Virus record (IMG/VR): IMGVR_UViG_3300037307_000721 | Direction: 5' to 3' (one strand) | DNA from: a virus | Length of the DNA: 64,000 bases | Shown: piece by piece, positions 1 through 8,299 of the stretch | Position numbering within the stretch: the stretch's first letter is position 1 | Layout: every line of letters begins with the position of its first letter | Translations under genes and position numbers: made by a program | The notes under the pieces: generated by a model | Told to the model about the DNA's origin: nothing | Seen by the model: only the letters and a program-made list of their open reading frames with translations | Databases searched by the model: none

Positions 1-639
1 AACGGCGCGCAGGAGGACGATGAGCTCGTCTCGGACGAGACTCCGCTCATTCTCGAGGGGCCGGCCGACATGATCGCCCTCGTCCTGCGCGAGACCGACT
101 ACATCGAAGAGCTGCGACGAGAGGAGGGCCTCCTCGGGATGGACGAGTCGCGCATCGCGGCGCTGGCCGCCCTGCGGCGCATGGCCTTCATGTTCCCCAC
201 CACGAACACCTTCCTCTCGTACGTGGACGCCCTGACGGTGGCCGTGGAGCAGGCCCGCAAGACCGGCTTGCGGCTCCAGGAGGGTGCGCGGGAGGACGCC
301 CTGGTGCTCTCCACCATCCACCGGGCCAAGGGCCTCGAGTGGCGCCACGTCTTCCTGATGGATGTAGTACAAGGTAGGTTTCCGTGTGCCAAGTCGATGG
401 ATGCGGACGAGGAACTGCGGCTCCTGTACGTGGCCCTGACTCGAGCCATGGACTCCTGCCAGGTCTCGTACGCCGGGCCGCCCGAGAGCGCCGGGGAGCG
501 CAAGCCGGTCCGATCCTCCTATATCCTCCTGATCGAGCAGCAGCTACGCGAGCTGGCGCAGACAGTAAGAGCTGCCGCGAAATCAAAGGCGGATTTGAGC
601 GAGCCAAAAAGTCATCACGCGGTTCGCGATGGAGCGTAA
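1..639 (+). CDS. UvrD/Rep (SF1) helicase, C-terminal part (5' truncated by window)
   Basis: Frame open from base 1; motifs STIHRAKGLEW and EELRLLYVALTRA. Confidence 0.9.
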   Translation, partial: NGAQEDDELVSDETPLILEGPADMIALVLRETDYIEELRREEGLLGMDESRIAALAALRRMAFMFPTTNTFLSYVDALTVAVEQARKTGLRLQEGAREDALVLSTIHRAKGLEWRHVFLMDVVQGRFPCAKSMDADEELRLLYVALTRAMDSCQVSYAGPPESAGERKPVRSSYILLIEQQLRELAQTVRAAAKSKADLSEPKSHHAVRDGA

Positions 640-642
640 CAA

Positions 643-1197
643 GTGCCGAACATTGCAACAAAAATCGAGGGAAACAGGCTTACATTCCGTGAAGGACGTG
701 TTTGCCTGTTAGAGGAAGAGCGCATGGAGGTAAAAGAACACGCGCCGGCGGCGCCCGTGACCGCCAGCCCGCCGAAGATTGCGCTCGGTCCGGCGATCCA
801 CTGCTGGGTGGCTCTCGTCCTGGCCGTGATGGAGCGCAGCAAGCTCTCGCATCATGACATCCTGCGTCATGCCGGGCGGTCCAGCAAGCGGCTCGCGGAC
901 GCGCGCCGGTTGCTCATCTGGGCCTTCATGGAGGTGGCCGGCGTGGGCGAGGACCTGGCCATCGCCTGGCTCGAGCAGTGCCTGCAGCTCGGGCGCCGGA
1001 CCATCGTGGACGGGCTCCGGCTGGGCGCGCCGCCCGAAGGCCTCGCGGAGACCGTGGCGACCTACAGCCGGCTCGTCCGCGAGATGGGACCCGAGGACGT
1101 GTCCGAAGCTGTGACCGCGGGCATCGTGGGCGAGCGCAAGCCGCGCGCGACGCTCTGGCCCAAGGGCTTCTTCCAGAAGCTGGGGCTCGACCTATGA
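643..1197 (+). CDS. Hypothetical protein, possible DnaA domain IV-like DNA-binding domain
   Basis: RSSKRLADARRLLIWAFMEV...GRRTIVDGL loosely matches the DnaA C-terminal pattern; start may be ATG 724. Confidence 0.5.
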   Translation: MPNIATKIEGNRLTFREGRVCLLEEERMEVKEHAPAAPVTASPPKIALGPAIHCWVALVLAVMERSKLSHHDILRHAGRSSKRLADARRLLIWAFMEVAGVGEDLAIAWLEQCLQLGRRTIVDGLRLGAPPEGLAETVATYSRLVREMGPEDVSEAVTAGIVGERKPRATLWPKGFFQKLGLDL

Positions 1198-1406
1198 AGG
1201 CGCGCAGGCTCACCAACCCGCAGCTGTGGTGGCTGCGCAAAGCCGTGGCCGAGGGCTACGTGCACGTCCATGGGTCGCCGAACACCCGAGTCGCCAGGAC
1301 CCTGGCAGGCCTCGAGCTCGCCGTGTTCAACGAGGACGACTGCGTCCTGCGACCGACTGGCAAGGGGCGCGAGATAGCTGAACGCGGTGGGAGGCTCGAG
1401 CCATGA
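1194..1406 (+). CDS. Small hypothetical protein, winged-helix-like
   Basis: ATGA overlap with upstream stop; ends with LRPTGKGREIA, a wing-like motif. Confidence 0.6.
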   Translation: MKARRLTNPQLWWLRKAVAEGYVHVHGSPNTRVARTLAGLELAVFNEDDCVLRPTGKGREIAERGGRLEP

Positions 1407-1948
1407 CCAGCCACGAGCTCTTCGAGGGCGACCTCGCCGCGCACGTCTTCGAGCCCGAGAAGCCCTCGCTGCTCCGCGCGTGCTACGAGGACGCGCCTGA
1501 GGGCTGGCTCGGCGATCCGGAATGGCCCTCGCTCTTCCTTGGCCCGAAGATGAACGAGGTCTACGTCTACTGCGAGCTCTTCGTCGACGAGTTCGAGGAA
1601 CTGGCCGTCGAGCTGCTCTCTGCGGTGCCCGACGTGGGCCGGCGCCAGGGCAAGATGACCTGGCTCGAGCACGAGCTCAACGTCGACTCCTTCGCCGTGA
1701 TGCTCGGGCTGGACCACGACGCCGCGGAGCAGTTCGCCCTCGAGAACGGACTGTGCCCCGACCAGTGGTTCGTGCTGAAGGTGATCCCACACTACTGGGA
1801 GGGGTGGTGCGGCGACTTCTACGAGTACGACTTCGAGGTCGACTTCGACCTCATCTCCGCGCAGCGCCTCTCGCCTGAAGAGCACGCGAAGCGCTGGTCC
1901 GACTACTGGACCGCGCGCGGGCTCGCTCCCGTCGCTCTGCTTCGCTAG
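1403..1948 (+). CDS. Hypothetical acidic protein
   Basis: 181-aa ORF, high GC3, ATGA coupling. Confidence 0.75.
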   Translation: MTSHELFEGDLAAHVFEPEKPSLLRACYEDAPEGWLGDPEWPSLFLGPKMNEVYVYCELFVDEFEELAVELLSAVPDVGRRQGKMTWLEHELNVDSFAVMLGLDHDAAEQFALENGLCPDQWFVLKVIPHYWEGWCGDFYEYDFEVDFDLISAQRLSPEEHAKRWSDYWTARGLAPVALLR

Positions 1949-2205
1949 TAGCTCCCCGCCGTAGCCGCCCGCCTCAGCCGCTGCCACTGCGGCTCGCTCG
2001 CCTGCAGGTTGTAGGCGTCGAGCAGGAACTTGGCGAGCGGCAGCCCCGGCGACATCTCCGTCGCCAAACACCCCTCAAGCTCTGCTGGAAGATTGGGAAG
2101 GGCCTGGCGAATGCCAGGCAGGCGCTCACTGCAGAACAGGCGAAACTCCGGGTCCCGCCGGAGCTCCATCCTCGCGTACTCCACTATCGTCTGCTGCGTC
2201 AACAA
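1945..2205 (-). CDS. Hypothetical protein
   Basis: 86-aa ORF following the AAA_25 gene and overlapping its 3' end by ~80 nt; start uncertain. Confidence 0.5.
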   Translation of the reverse strand: MLTQQTIVEYARMELRRDPEFRLFCSERLPGIRQALPNLPAELEGCLATEMSPGLPLAKFLLDAYNLQASEPQWQRLRRAATAGSY

Positions 2206-3343
2206 GTTCCGCCGCCGCTGCTAGAGCCTCTGGGTCGCCTTGCTGCAACTCACTTTCCTCATCCTTTACCATAATTGCGGCCGCGTCAACCATCATGAGC
2301 GGAATCAACGCGCGCCAGGCGGCCACGACCCTGGTCCGGCTGCCTCCCACCCCGAACGCGCGCTCCACCCCGGCGTCCTTCTTGATGAGCCGTTCTGCCT
2401 CCAGGCTGTTCAAGGCCTCGACGATCTTCTCCTGCCGCACGCCCAGGGCGTCCGCGATCATCACGTTCGTCATGGGCTCGGGCGAGCTCCGCAGCGTCTT
2501 GTAGATCTGGTGCTTGTAGTACTCGAGCACGATGCCGGCGGAGTCCTTGCCGTCGTAGTAGACGAACGTCGTCTGCTGCAGCACCTCGTCGACCTGGGGC
2601 ACAGCTGAGAAGATGCGCCCTTTCTTCCCGTTGCGTTGTTTCAGGCTCTCGATGGTCAGAATCTCCGTCGGCTCGGCAAGCCCGAGCTTCTTCTTGGCGA
2701 CGGAGAAGTGCAGTACCGCATCCGCCCACCCGTACCAGGCCGAGCTCCCGCGCGGGGTCGGCTTCCCGCCTCCCTTTTCCTTTCCCCCCTGCCCGCCCTT
2801 CGTCTGGTGGTGAATCACGATGAAGGTGCACTTGTACTCGTCGATGAGCCGATCGATCTGACGGCGCAGCGCCTTGGTCTCCTTGGCACTGTTCTCGTCC
2901 CCGCTGAAGAAGCTGTCGAGCGGGTCGAGCACCACGAGAATGGGCTTCAGCCGCTTGATCTCCTTCTCCAGGTCCTCCACGTCCATCGCGTCGTCCAGGC
3001 AGAACGGCTGCTGGCAGAAGTAGAGCTGGGTGTCCATGGGGTTGGCGCCGTGCGCGCGCATGTGCGAGAGGAGCCGGTCCTTGTTGTCGAAGACCGAACC
3101 CTCCGTGGAGTTCAGCAGCACGGGGCCGTGGTGGAGTACGTCCAGCTGCCGCAACAGTTTTCCCTGGGAAGCAACTGCCACGCACAGGTCGAAGACGACC
3201 GTGCTCTTGTAGTTGCCGCCCTCGCCGAAAACCAGGATGCGGTTCGACTTCTGAATCATGCGCGGGACGATCCAACGGTTCGGGTCGTCCTGCAGGCTCA
3301 GAAGGTCGGTGACGGAGTAGATTTGATGGCGACGTTTCGACAT
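2126..3343 (-). CDS. RepA-like (AAA_25/RecA-fold) ATPase/replicative helicase with C-terminal winged helix
   Basis: Walker A GEGGNYKS, Walker B VVLDPL, IVIHHQTK and PRGSSAW motifs; ATG 3343 preferred over TTG 3358. Confidence 0.85.
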   Translation of the reverse strand: MSKRRHQIYSVTDLLSLQDDPNRWIVPRMIQKSNRILVFGEGGNYKSTVVFDLCVAVASQGKLLRQLDVLHHGPVLLNSTEGSVFDNKDRLLSHMRAHGANPMDTQLYFCQQPFCLDDAMDVEDLEKEIKRLKPILVVLDPLDSFFSGDENSAKETKALRRQIDRLIDEYKCTFIVIHHQTKGGQGGKEKGGGKPTPRGSSAWYGWADAVLHFSVAKKKLGLAEPTEILTIESLKQRNGKKGRIFSAVPQVDEVLQQTTFVYYDGKDSAGIVLEYYKHQIYKTLRSSPEPMTNVMIADALGVRQEKIVEALNSLEAERLIKKDAGVERAFGVGGSRTRVVAAWRALIPLMMVDAAAIMVKDEESELQQGDPEALAAAAELVDAADDSGVREDGAPAGPGVSPVLQ

Positions 3344-3355
3344 GGATGAGGTTGC

Positions 3356-3386
3356 CAAGCTAGGCCAGAGCGACGTACACTGTCAA
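3356..3386 (-). promoter_or_regulatory. Putative sigma70 promoter for the RepA-like gene
   Basis: TTGACA-N18-TAGCTT on the minus strand. Confidence 0.5.
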
Positions 3387-3529
3387 GTCACTTTCTCACA
3401 ACACGCGGCAATCGCGACGCATTTCTGCAAGTCGCACATGATCAATTTGCTCGCGCAATTCGCATCACCGTTGTGCATGTGAAAATGAGGCGAGCAATCG
3501 GCATGTTACGATTTCTTCCACTTTCCTTC

Positions 3530-3560
3530 TTGACACTCGAATCGCTGAGCTGATAGGAAG
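3530..3560 (+). promoter_or_regulatory. Putative promoter for the SNF2 operon
   Basis: Perfect TTGACA at 3530-3535; -10 box weak. Confidence 0.35.
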
Positions 3561-3568
3561 GGCATTCG

Positions 3569-5377
3569 ATGCGCTCCGTCCTTCTCGATCCACTGGAAGG
3601 CTGTGTTCTGTCGTGTCCAACAAAATGGCACGGCCGCTGGAAGCTCGAGCACTGCCCGACGCAAGCCAGATTCGATCAGCTTGCCCAAATTCCAGGCGTC
3701 ACGCCGTGGGAGAATAAGAAGAAGCCCGAGGAGACCGGTTGGTATGTCCCCCAATCACTTCTCGACATGGGCATGTTCCCCGGCTCTCTCGACGAGTACG
3801 AACCGGAGTCGAACGACATCACGCCGTCGGGGATGAAGCTACGCATCTATGAAGCGCGCGCGGTCACGTGCTGCCGCCTTCTCACGCCGCAACGCGAGGG
3901 CATGATCGTCGCCGGCGACCCGGGCCTGGGCAAGACCGTCATCTCGCTTCACTCGCTCTGGCTCGATGGCTACCTTGAGCGCCCCGGTTTGATCATCGGA
4001 CCGAACATCGCGAAGGGTGTTTGGTGCGACGAGGACGCCGACGCCCGCGTTCACTATGGGCTCGAGGTCGTGCCCCTCGAGGGCGTCAAGAACATCGACG
4101 TCAACATCCTCTCGCAGCACAAGGTCTTCTTCTGCCACTACGAGCTGCTGCACGCCTGGCAGAGCTGGATCGTCGCGACGCTCAAGCCGAGCTACCTCAT
4201 CATCGACGAGAGCCACTTCCTCTCGCACCAGAAGGTCCAGCGCTCCACCGCCGGGCGACAGGTCACCTTGCTCTCCTCGATCGAGCGCCGCTACGGTCTG
4301 ACCGGCACGCCCATCCCGAACGAGCGGCTCGAGCTCTGGAACCAGCTCGCCATGGTCCAGCCACGCCAGTGGGGTTCGAACCACTTTCAGTTCGGTGTGC
4401 GCTACTGCGCGGGCCATCGGACCGAAATCGACGAGGGCGGTATCGGTGGGCACTGGGTGTTCGACGGCGAGTCGAATGACGTGGAGCTCAAGGCCCGGCT
4501 CGCCGGCACCTTCCTTCGCTTCACGACGGAGGAGGTGCAGAACGAACTGCCGCCGATGGAGCGCCACGTCGTCGAAGTCGGCAACGACCAGATCGACCAG
4601 GCGCTGCTCGACGACTACTCGCTGGCGCAGCGGGACATCGGCAAGTACCTCAAGCTGAAGCAGGACGTGCCGAAAGAAGTCGAGACCATCACCATCGGCA
4701 ACACCACAGTCAAGCTCACCAAGCAGGAGCACAAGCCGGGCGCGGTGCGATTGGTCTGCATCTCGACGCTCATCGGTCTGCTCTCCCAGATGAAGCAGCT
4801 CGCCGCCGTCAAAGTGATCGACGACATCATGCGCGAGCACGATCGTCTCGTCGTCTTCACGTGGCGCGTCGCTACCGCGCAGTGGATCTGCGAGCAGCTG
4901 GCCGATCGAATGGCACGCGGCGAGAAGGTCGGCGGCAAGAGCCCCGACCTCTTCGGCCCGGTGCACGGCGAGGTGCCGATGCCCATGCGCAAGGCGCTGG
5001 CCCGCGAGTTCGCCGCCTCGCCTTGCAGCCTCTACATCGCGACGATGGGCTCGGCGGGAACCTCCATCAACTCCCTGTCGGCCGCCTCGGCCGGCCTCAT
5101 CGTGGACCTGCACTGGAACACCGCGGGCCTGCGCCAGGCCGAGAAGCGCATTCACCGCGACGGTTCGCAAGCCGCCAAGGTCGACATCTACTATCTCTTC
5201 GTCCGCAATACCGTCGACGACATGTTCCTGGAGAAGCTCCGGGAGAAAGCACAACACGCCGCCGCGTTGGCACCGCATGACACGGCCGGCATCTCGCTCG
5301 TGAGGGACCTGTCACCGAGCAACTCGGGTGGGTTGGACTTGGACCTGCTCTGTGCCCGGCTGATGGACATGAGCTGA
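3569..5377 (+). CDS. SNF2-family (SF2) helicase/translocase
   Basis: GDPGLGKT, IIDESH, LTGTP and QAEKRIHRDG motifs. Confidence 0.9.
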   Translation: MRSVLLDPLEGCVLSCPTKWHGRWKLEHCPTQARFDQLAQIPGVTPWENKKKPEETGWYVPQSLLDMGMFPGSLDEYEPESNDITPSGMKLRIYEARAVTCCRLLTPQREGMIVAGDPGLGKTVISLHSLWLDGYLERPGLIIGPNIAKGVWCDEDADARVHYGLEVVPLEGVKNIDVNILSQHKVFFCHYELLHAWQSWIVATLKPSYLIIDESHFLSHQKVQRSTAGRQVTLLSSIERRYGLTGTPIPNERLELWNQLAMVQPRQWGSNHFQFGVRYCAGHRTEIDEGGIGGHWVFDGESNDVELKARLAGTFLRFTTEEVQNELPPMERHVVEVGNDQIDQALLDDYSLAQRDIGKYLKLKQDVPKEVETITIGNTTVKLTKQEHKPGAVRLVCISTLIGLLSQMKQLAAVKVIDDIMREHDRLVVFTWRVATAQWICEQLADRMARGEKVGGKSPDLFGPVHGEVPMPMRKALAREFAASPCSLYIATMGSAGTSINSLSAASAGLIVDLHWNTAGLRQAEKRIHRDGSQAAKVDIYYLFVRNTVDDMFLEKLREKAQHAAALAPHDTAGISLVRDLSPSNSGGLDLDLLCARLMDMS

Positions 5378-5465
5378 AAGGAGGCACGGTCATGCCGGGC
5401 ATACCGCGTGCGCCACCCTGACGTGGCTGAATCGTCGAAACGCATCACTTACCCTAGGAGCTGAC

Positions 5466-6368
5466 ATGACCCAAGGAACGATCGGCACTCCGGCAGCACC
5501 TGCCGCGCAGGTAGCGCAGCCGGCCAGCGTGCCTACCTACTACGACCCAGACCTGCACGTCGCGGGCGACGTCGTCCAGCAAGGCATCACCACCTTCCTG
5601 TTCGGCGCGGTCGGCACGTGGAAGACCACCTGGGCCGGGCAGTGGCCGAAGCCGATCTTCCTCAGCGTGGGCCCCGAGGGAGGTGACGACGCGCTGGTGC
5701 AACTTCCGACCCTGTACGGCGTGCAGATTCCACGGACCTACCACATCACCTCACCGAAGATGATGGTGGAGAAGGTGGAGCGCATCGCGCGGGACTACCG
5801 CGCGATGGACGTCAACACCGTGGTCATCGACTCGGTCACCTTCTACGTCGACCTCTGGATCGCTGAGCTGATGGAACTTCGGTACAACGACCCGAAGATC
5901 CGTGAGCGCATCGAGAAGGCGGGCGGCGAGGCGACCAACATGACGATGCGAGACTGGGGCCTCCTGGCGATGCACGTGCGTGACCTCGCCATGAAGCTGC
6001 ACAAGACTCCGCTCAACGTCATCTGGATCGCTCTCGAGAAGGAGATCAAGGAGAACGACGAACAGCGCGGCACCTCGCGGGTGGTGGCTGTCGAGCCCTA
6101 CGTCCGGGGAGAGACCTACGTCAAGCTCCCGGGCATGTGCAAGATGATCATCCACGCGAACAAGGAGTTGCGACCCGACCCGAACGTCATGGGACGGATG
6201 TTCACCCAGCCCATCTACTACACCTCCCCGAACTTCCTGACGAAGATCGTTCGGCACAAGTACGGGACAGCCTTCCCGGAGGGTCGGTTGATCGATCCGA
6301 CCCACGGGGACCTGCCCACCTTCAACGCAATCTGGAGTCGTATCGGCCGCTTCGTCTACTACACGTAG
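5466..6368 (+). CDS. AAA_24 / Sak4-like ATPase (annealing protein or SSB loader)
   Basis: FLFGAVGTWKTT, VVIDSVT, DWG and VIWIALE motifs; directly upstream of an SSB-like gene. Confidence 0.8.
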   Translation: MTQGTIGTPAAPAAQVAQPASVPTYYDPDLHVAGDVVQQGITTFLFGAVGTWKTTWAGQWPKPIFLSVGPEGGDDALVQLPTLYGVQIPRTYHITSPKMMVEKVERIARDYRAMDVNTVVIDSVTFYVDLWIAELMELRYNDPKIRERIEKAGGEATNMTMRDWGLLAMHVRDLAMKLHKTPLNVIWIALEKEIKENDEQRGTSRVVAVEPYVRGETYVKLPGMCKMIIHANKELRPDPNVMGRMFTQPIYYTSPNFLTKIVRHKYGTAFPEGRLIDPTHGDLPTFNAIWSRIGRFVYYT

Positions 6369-6428
6369 CGAGGCGGATTTCATTGGCAAGAGGGGAACAA
6401 GGAACCCCAACAACAGGAGGAACTGATC

Positions 6429-7097
6429 ATGGCATTTCTACCCGTCAACCTGCTCAACGTCCAGCCCGCCGTCGGTTTCGACTACCCCGTCGGCCGGTAC
6501 CTGCTCAACATCATCGGGACCGAGATCCGGACCAACACCAGCGGCGATGGCCAGCGGCTGGTCCTGAACCTCGAGATCGTGATGGGCCCCGGGCCGGGCA
6601 ACGTGCAGTTCCAGGGCCGGAAGACCTTCCACAGCTTCCAGCTCACCGAGAAGGGCCTGCCCTTCCTCAAGCGCTTCTTCAACGTCTGCGGCATCACCGA
6701 GGAGTTCATCAACCAGAACGGTGGCAACGTCGACAACGAGTGGCTGCACGGTCGCCAGTTCTGCGCGACGAGCGTGAAGAACGGCCAGTACGTCAACTGG
6801 ACCAACGAGAAGCCCGCGGCCGAGTGGAACCAGCAGCCCGCCCCGCAGGCTGCCAGGGCCGCGACGGCGGCCCCGCAGGCCGCGCCGCCCCCGGCGCTCC
6901 TGCAGCCCAGCCCGCAGGCCCAGGCTGCTCCGCAGCCCATGGCCTACGTCTCGCCGACCCCGCAGCCGCAGTACGCGCCGCCGCCGCAGCAGATGGCGCC
7001 GGCCGGTCTGCCCACCCCGCAGCTGCCGCAGCCGCAGGGCGGCATCCCCGTCGGCATTCCCGCCCCGGTTCCCCCTCCGGGCCGGGTCGGGCAGTAG
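6429..7097 (+). CDS. DUF669-like single-stranded DNA-binding protein with Pro/Ala/Gln-rich tail
   Basis: OB-fold-like N-terminal ~135 aa (YPVGRYLLNI...GRKTFHSF); synteny with Sak4; GGAGG RBS. Confidence 0.65.
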   Translation: MAFLPVNLLNVQPAVGFDYPVGRYLLNIIGTEIRTNTSGDGQRLVLNLEIVMGPGPGNVQFQGRKTFHSFQLTEKGLPFLKRFFNVCGITEEFINQNGGNVDNEWLHGRQFCATSVKNGQYVNWTNEKPAAEWNQQPAPQAARAATAAPQAAPPPALLQPSPQAQAAPQPMAYVSPTPQPQYAPPPQQMAPAGLPTPQLPQPQGGIPVGIPAPVPPPGRVGQ

Positions 7098-7204
7098 GCT
7101 GATGCACTGACGCCAACGGGCGGCCTGGGTGGATGCTCTCACACATAGGGGCGCATCACCCCAAGCCGCTCAGGCCGCCCGTTACTTTTTTTCAAAGGTC
7201 AGCC

Positions 7205-7474
7205 ATGCCTGAAGTCACCGAAGACATCGAGATCACCTGCGAGTGCGGGAACAAGTTCTTCTTCACCGTCAAGGACGCCGAGTTCTACCGGCGCACCTTC
7301 GGCGAGAACTTCAGTATTCCCAAGCGCTGCAAGCCCTGTCGCGAAGCGCGCAAGGCGGCCAAGGAACGCGAGGCTGCCGAGGACTTCGGCCAGGGCACGC
7401 GCAGCGGTCGCTTCCCCTCCGACCATCCCAACCAGGGCAACAAGCCCAAGCGACAGCGGAACGGCAACAGGTGA
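7205..7474 (+). CDS. Zinc-ribbon protein (zf-trcl / CxxC-x17-CxxC-like)
   Basis: ITCECGNKFFFT...FY...PKRCKPCR followed by a basic Gly-rich tail. Confidence 0.75.
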   Translation: MPEVTEDIEITCECGNKFFFTVKDAEFYRRTFGENFSIPKRCKPCREARKAAKEREAAEDFGQGTRSGRFPSDHPNQGNKPKRQRNGNR

Positions 7475-8037
7475 GCTGGACGCCCGCATACGGTAGGGAC
7501 CGCGGTCCCTACTACCACGGGCTTCTGGCACAACCCGACTGTGAGAGCTGTCCCCTTCGCTACGACGTCAAGGTCTTCCCCGACGGCCCCGTCCCCGCGC
7601 GCATCGCCTTCATCGGCGAGGAGCCTGGGCAGACGGAGATCGCCGAGGGCCGCGGGTTCGTGGGCCAGTCGGGGCAACTCCTGTGGCACCTTGCTCGCGA
7701 CGTCGGCCTCGAGCGCGACGACATCTGGGTCTCGAACGCCGCGCTCTGCGCCGCCCGCAAGGTCAAGCTCAACACCGGCGCCAATCTTCCCCAGCTCGTC
7801 GTGAAGGCCATGGCGGCCAAGGCCTGCCGCCGGCGCCTTCTCGCCGAGCTCGTCACGGTGGACCCGATCGTCGTGGTGCCGCTCGGCAACTGGGCACTGT
7901 GGGCCACCTCGGACATCCCGAACGCGCGCATCTACGCCTACCGCGGCTCGCGGATCGAAGTCGACCTGGCCAAGCTCCTCGAGCTCGTGCAGCAGGGCCT
8001 GTCGCGCTCGCCGATGCGCACCGTCAAGGAGCAATGA
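7471..8037 (+). CDS. Family-4 uracil-DNA glycosylase, N-terminal fragment (lacks HP motif)
   Basis: CESC, IGEEPG, GFVG, SNAALC, KAC, PIVVVPLGNWA and YRG; four Fe-S Cys present; GTGA coupling. Confidence 0.9.
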   Translation: MSWTPAYGRDRGPYYHGLLAQPDCESCPLRYDVKVFPDGPVPARIAFIGEEPGQTEIAEGRGFVGQSGQLLWHLARDVGLERDDIWVSNAALCAARKVKLNTGANLPQLVVKAMAAKACRRRLLAELVTVDPIVVVPLGNWALWATSDIPNARIYAYRGSRIEVDLAKLLELVQQGLSRSPMRTVKEQ

Positions 8038-8038
8038 G

Positions 8039-8299
8039 ATGCAAGTCCGAACCCTGCACAAGCAGCTGGGTGAGCTCATCGCGAAAGGCTACGGGCACAA
8101 CGACGTCGTCATCAACAAGGACACGTTCCGGCATCCGCTCGAACCAGACGGTTGCGTGCTCCTGCCCGTGATCCGGGCCGAGGCCGGCTACTTTCGCGTG
8201 CTCGATGGCGATGGCGGCACCAAGTACAACAAGGACGGTTCCGAGCGCATGCGTTCGGGTGTCATTCTGCTCGGCGAGCACGCGCCTCTGGAGAGCTGA
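8039..8299 (+). CDS. Small hypothetical phage protein inserted between the two UDG halves
   Basis: 86-aa ORF with high GC3, starts 1 nt after upstream stop, TGATG-coupled to polA. Confidence 0.8.
   Translation: MQVRTLHKQLGELIAKGYGHNDVVINKDTFRHPLEPDGCVLLPVIRAEAGYFRVLDGDGGTKYNKDGSERMRSGVILLGEHAPLES

Noticed and set aside
3506-3754. 82-aa minus-strand ORF
   Set aside because: Overlaps the SNF2 start in antisense and has atypical codon use
6366-6428. Read-through fusion of Sak4-like ATPase and SSB (same frame, single TAG)
   Set aside because: The spacer has non-coding codon use and the SSB has a strong GGAGG RBS; likely chance
6830-7095. GC-rich quasi-repeats as CRISPR or tandem array
   Set aside because: They encode the Pro/Ala/Gln tail of the SSB; no fixed repeat-spacer period anywhere in the window
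8152-8298. N-terminal extension of polA from TTG 8152
   Set aside because: Overlaps the real 86-aa gene; TGATG coupling supports ATG 8299
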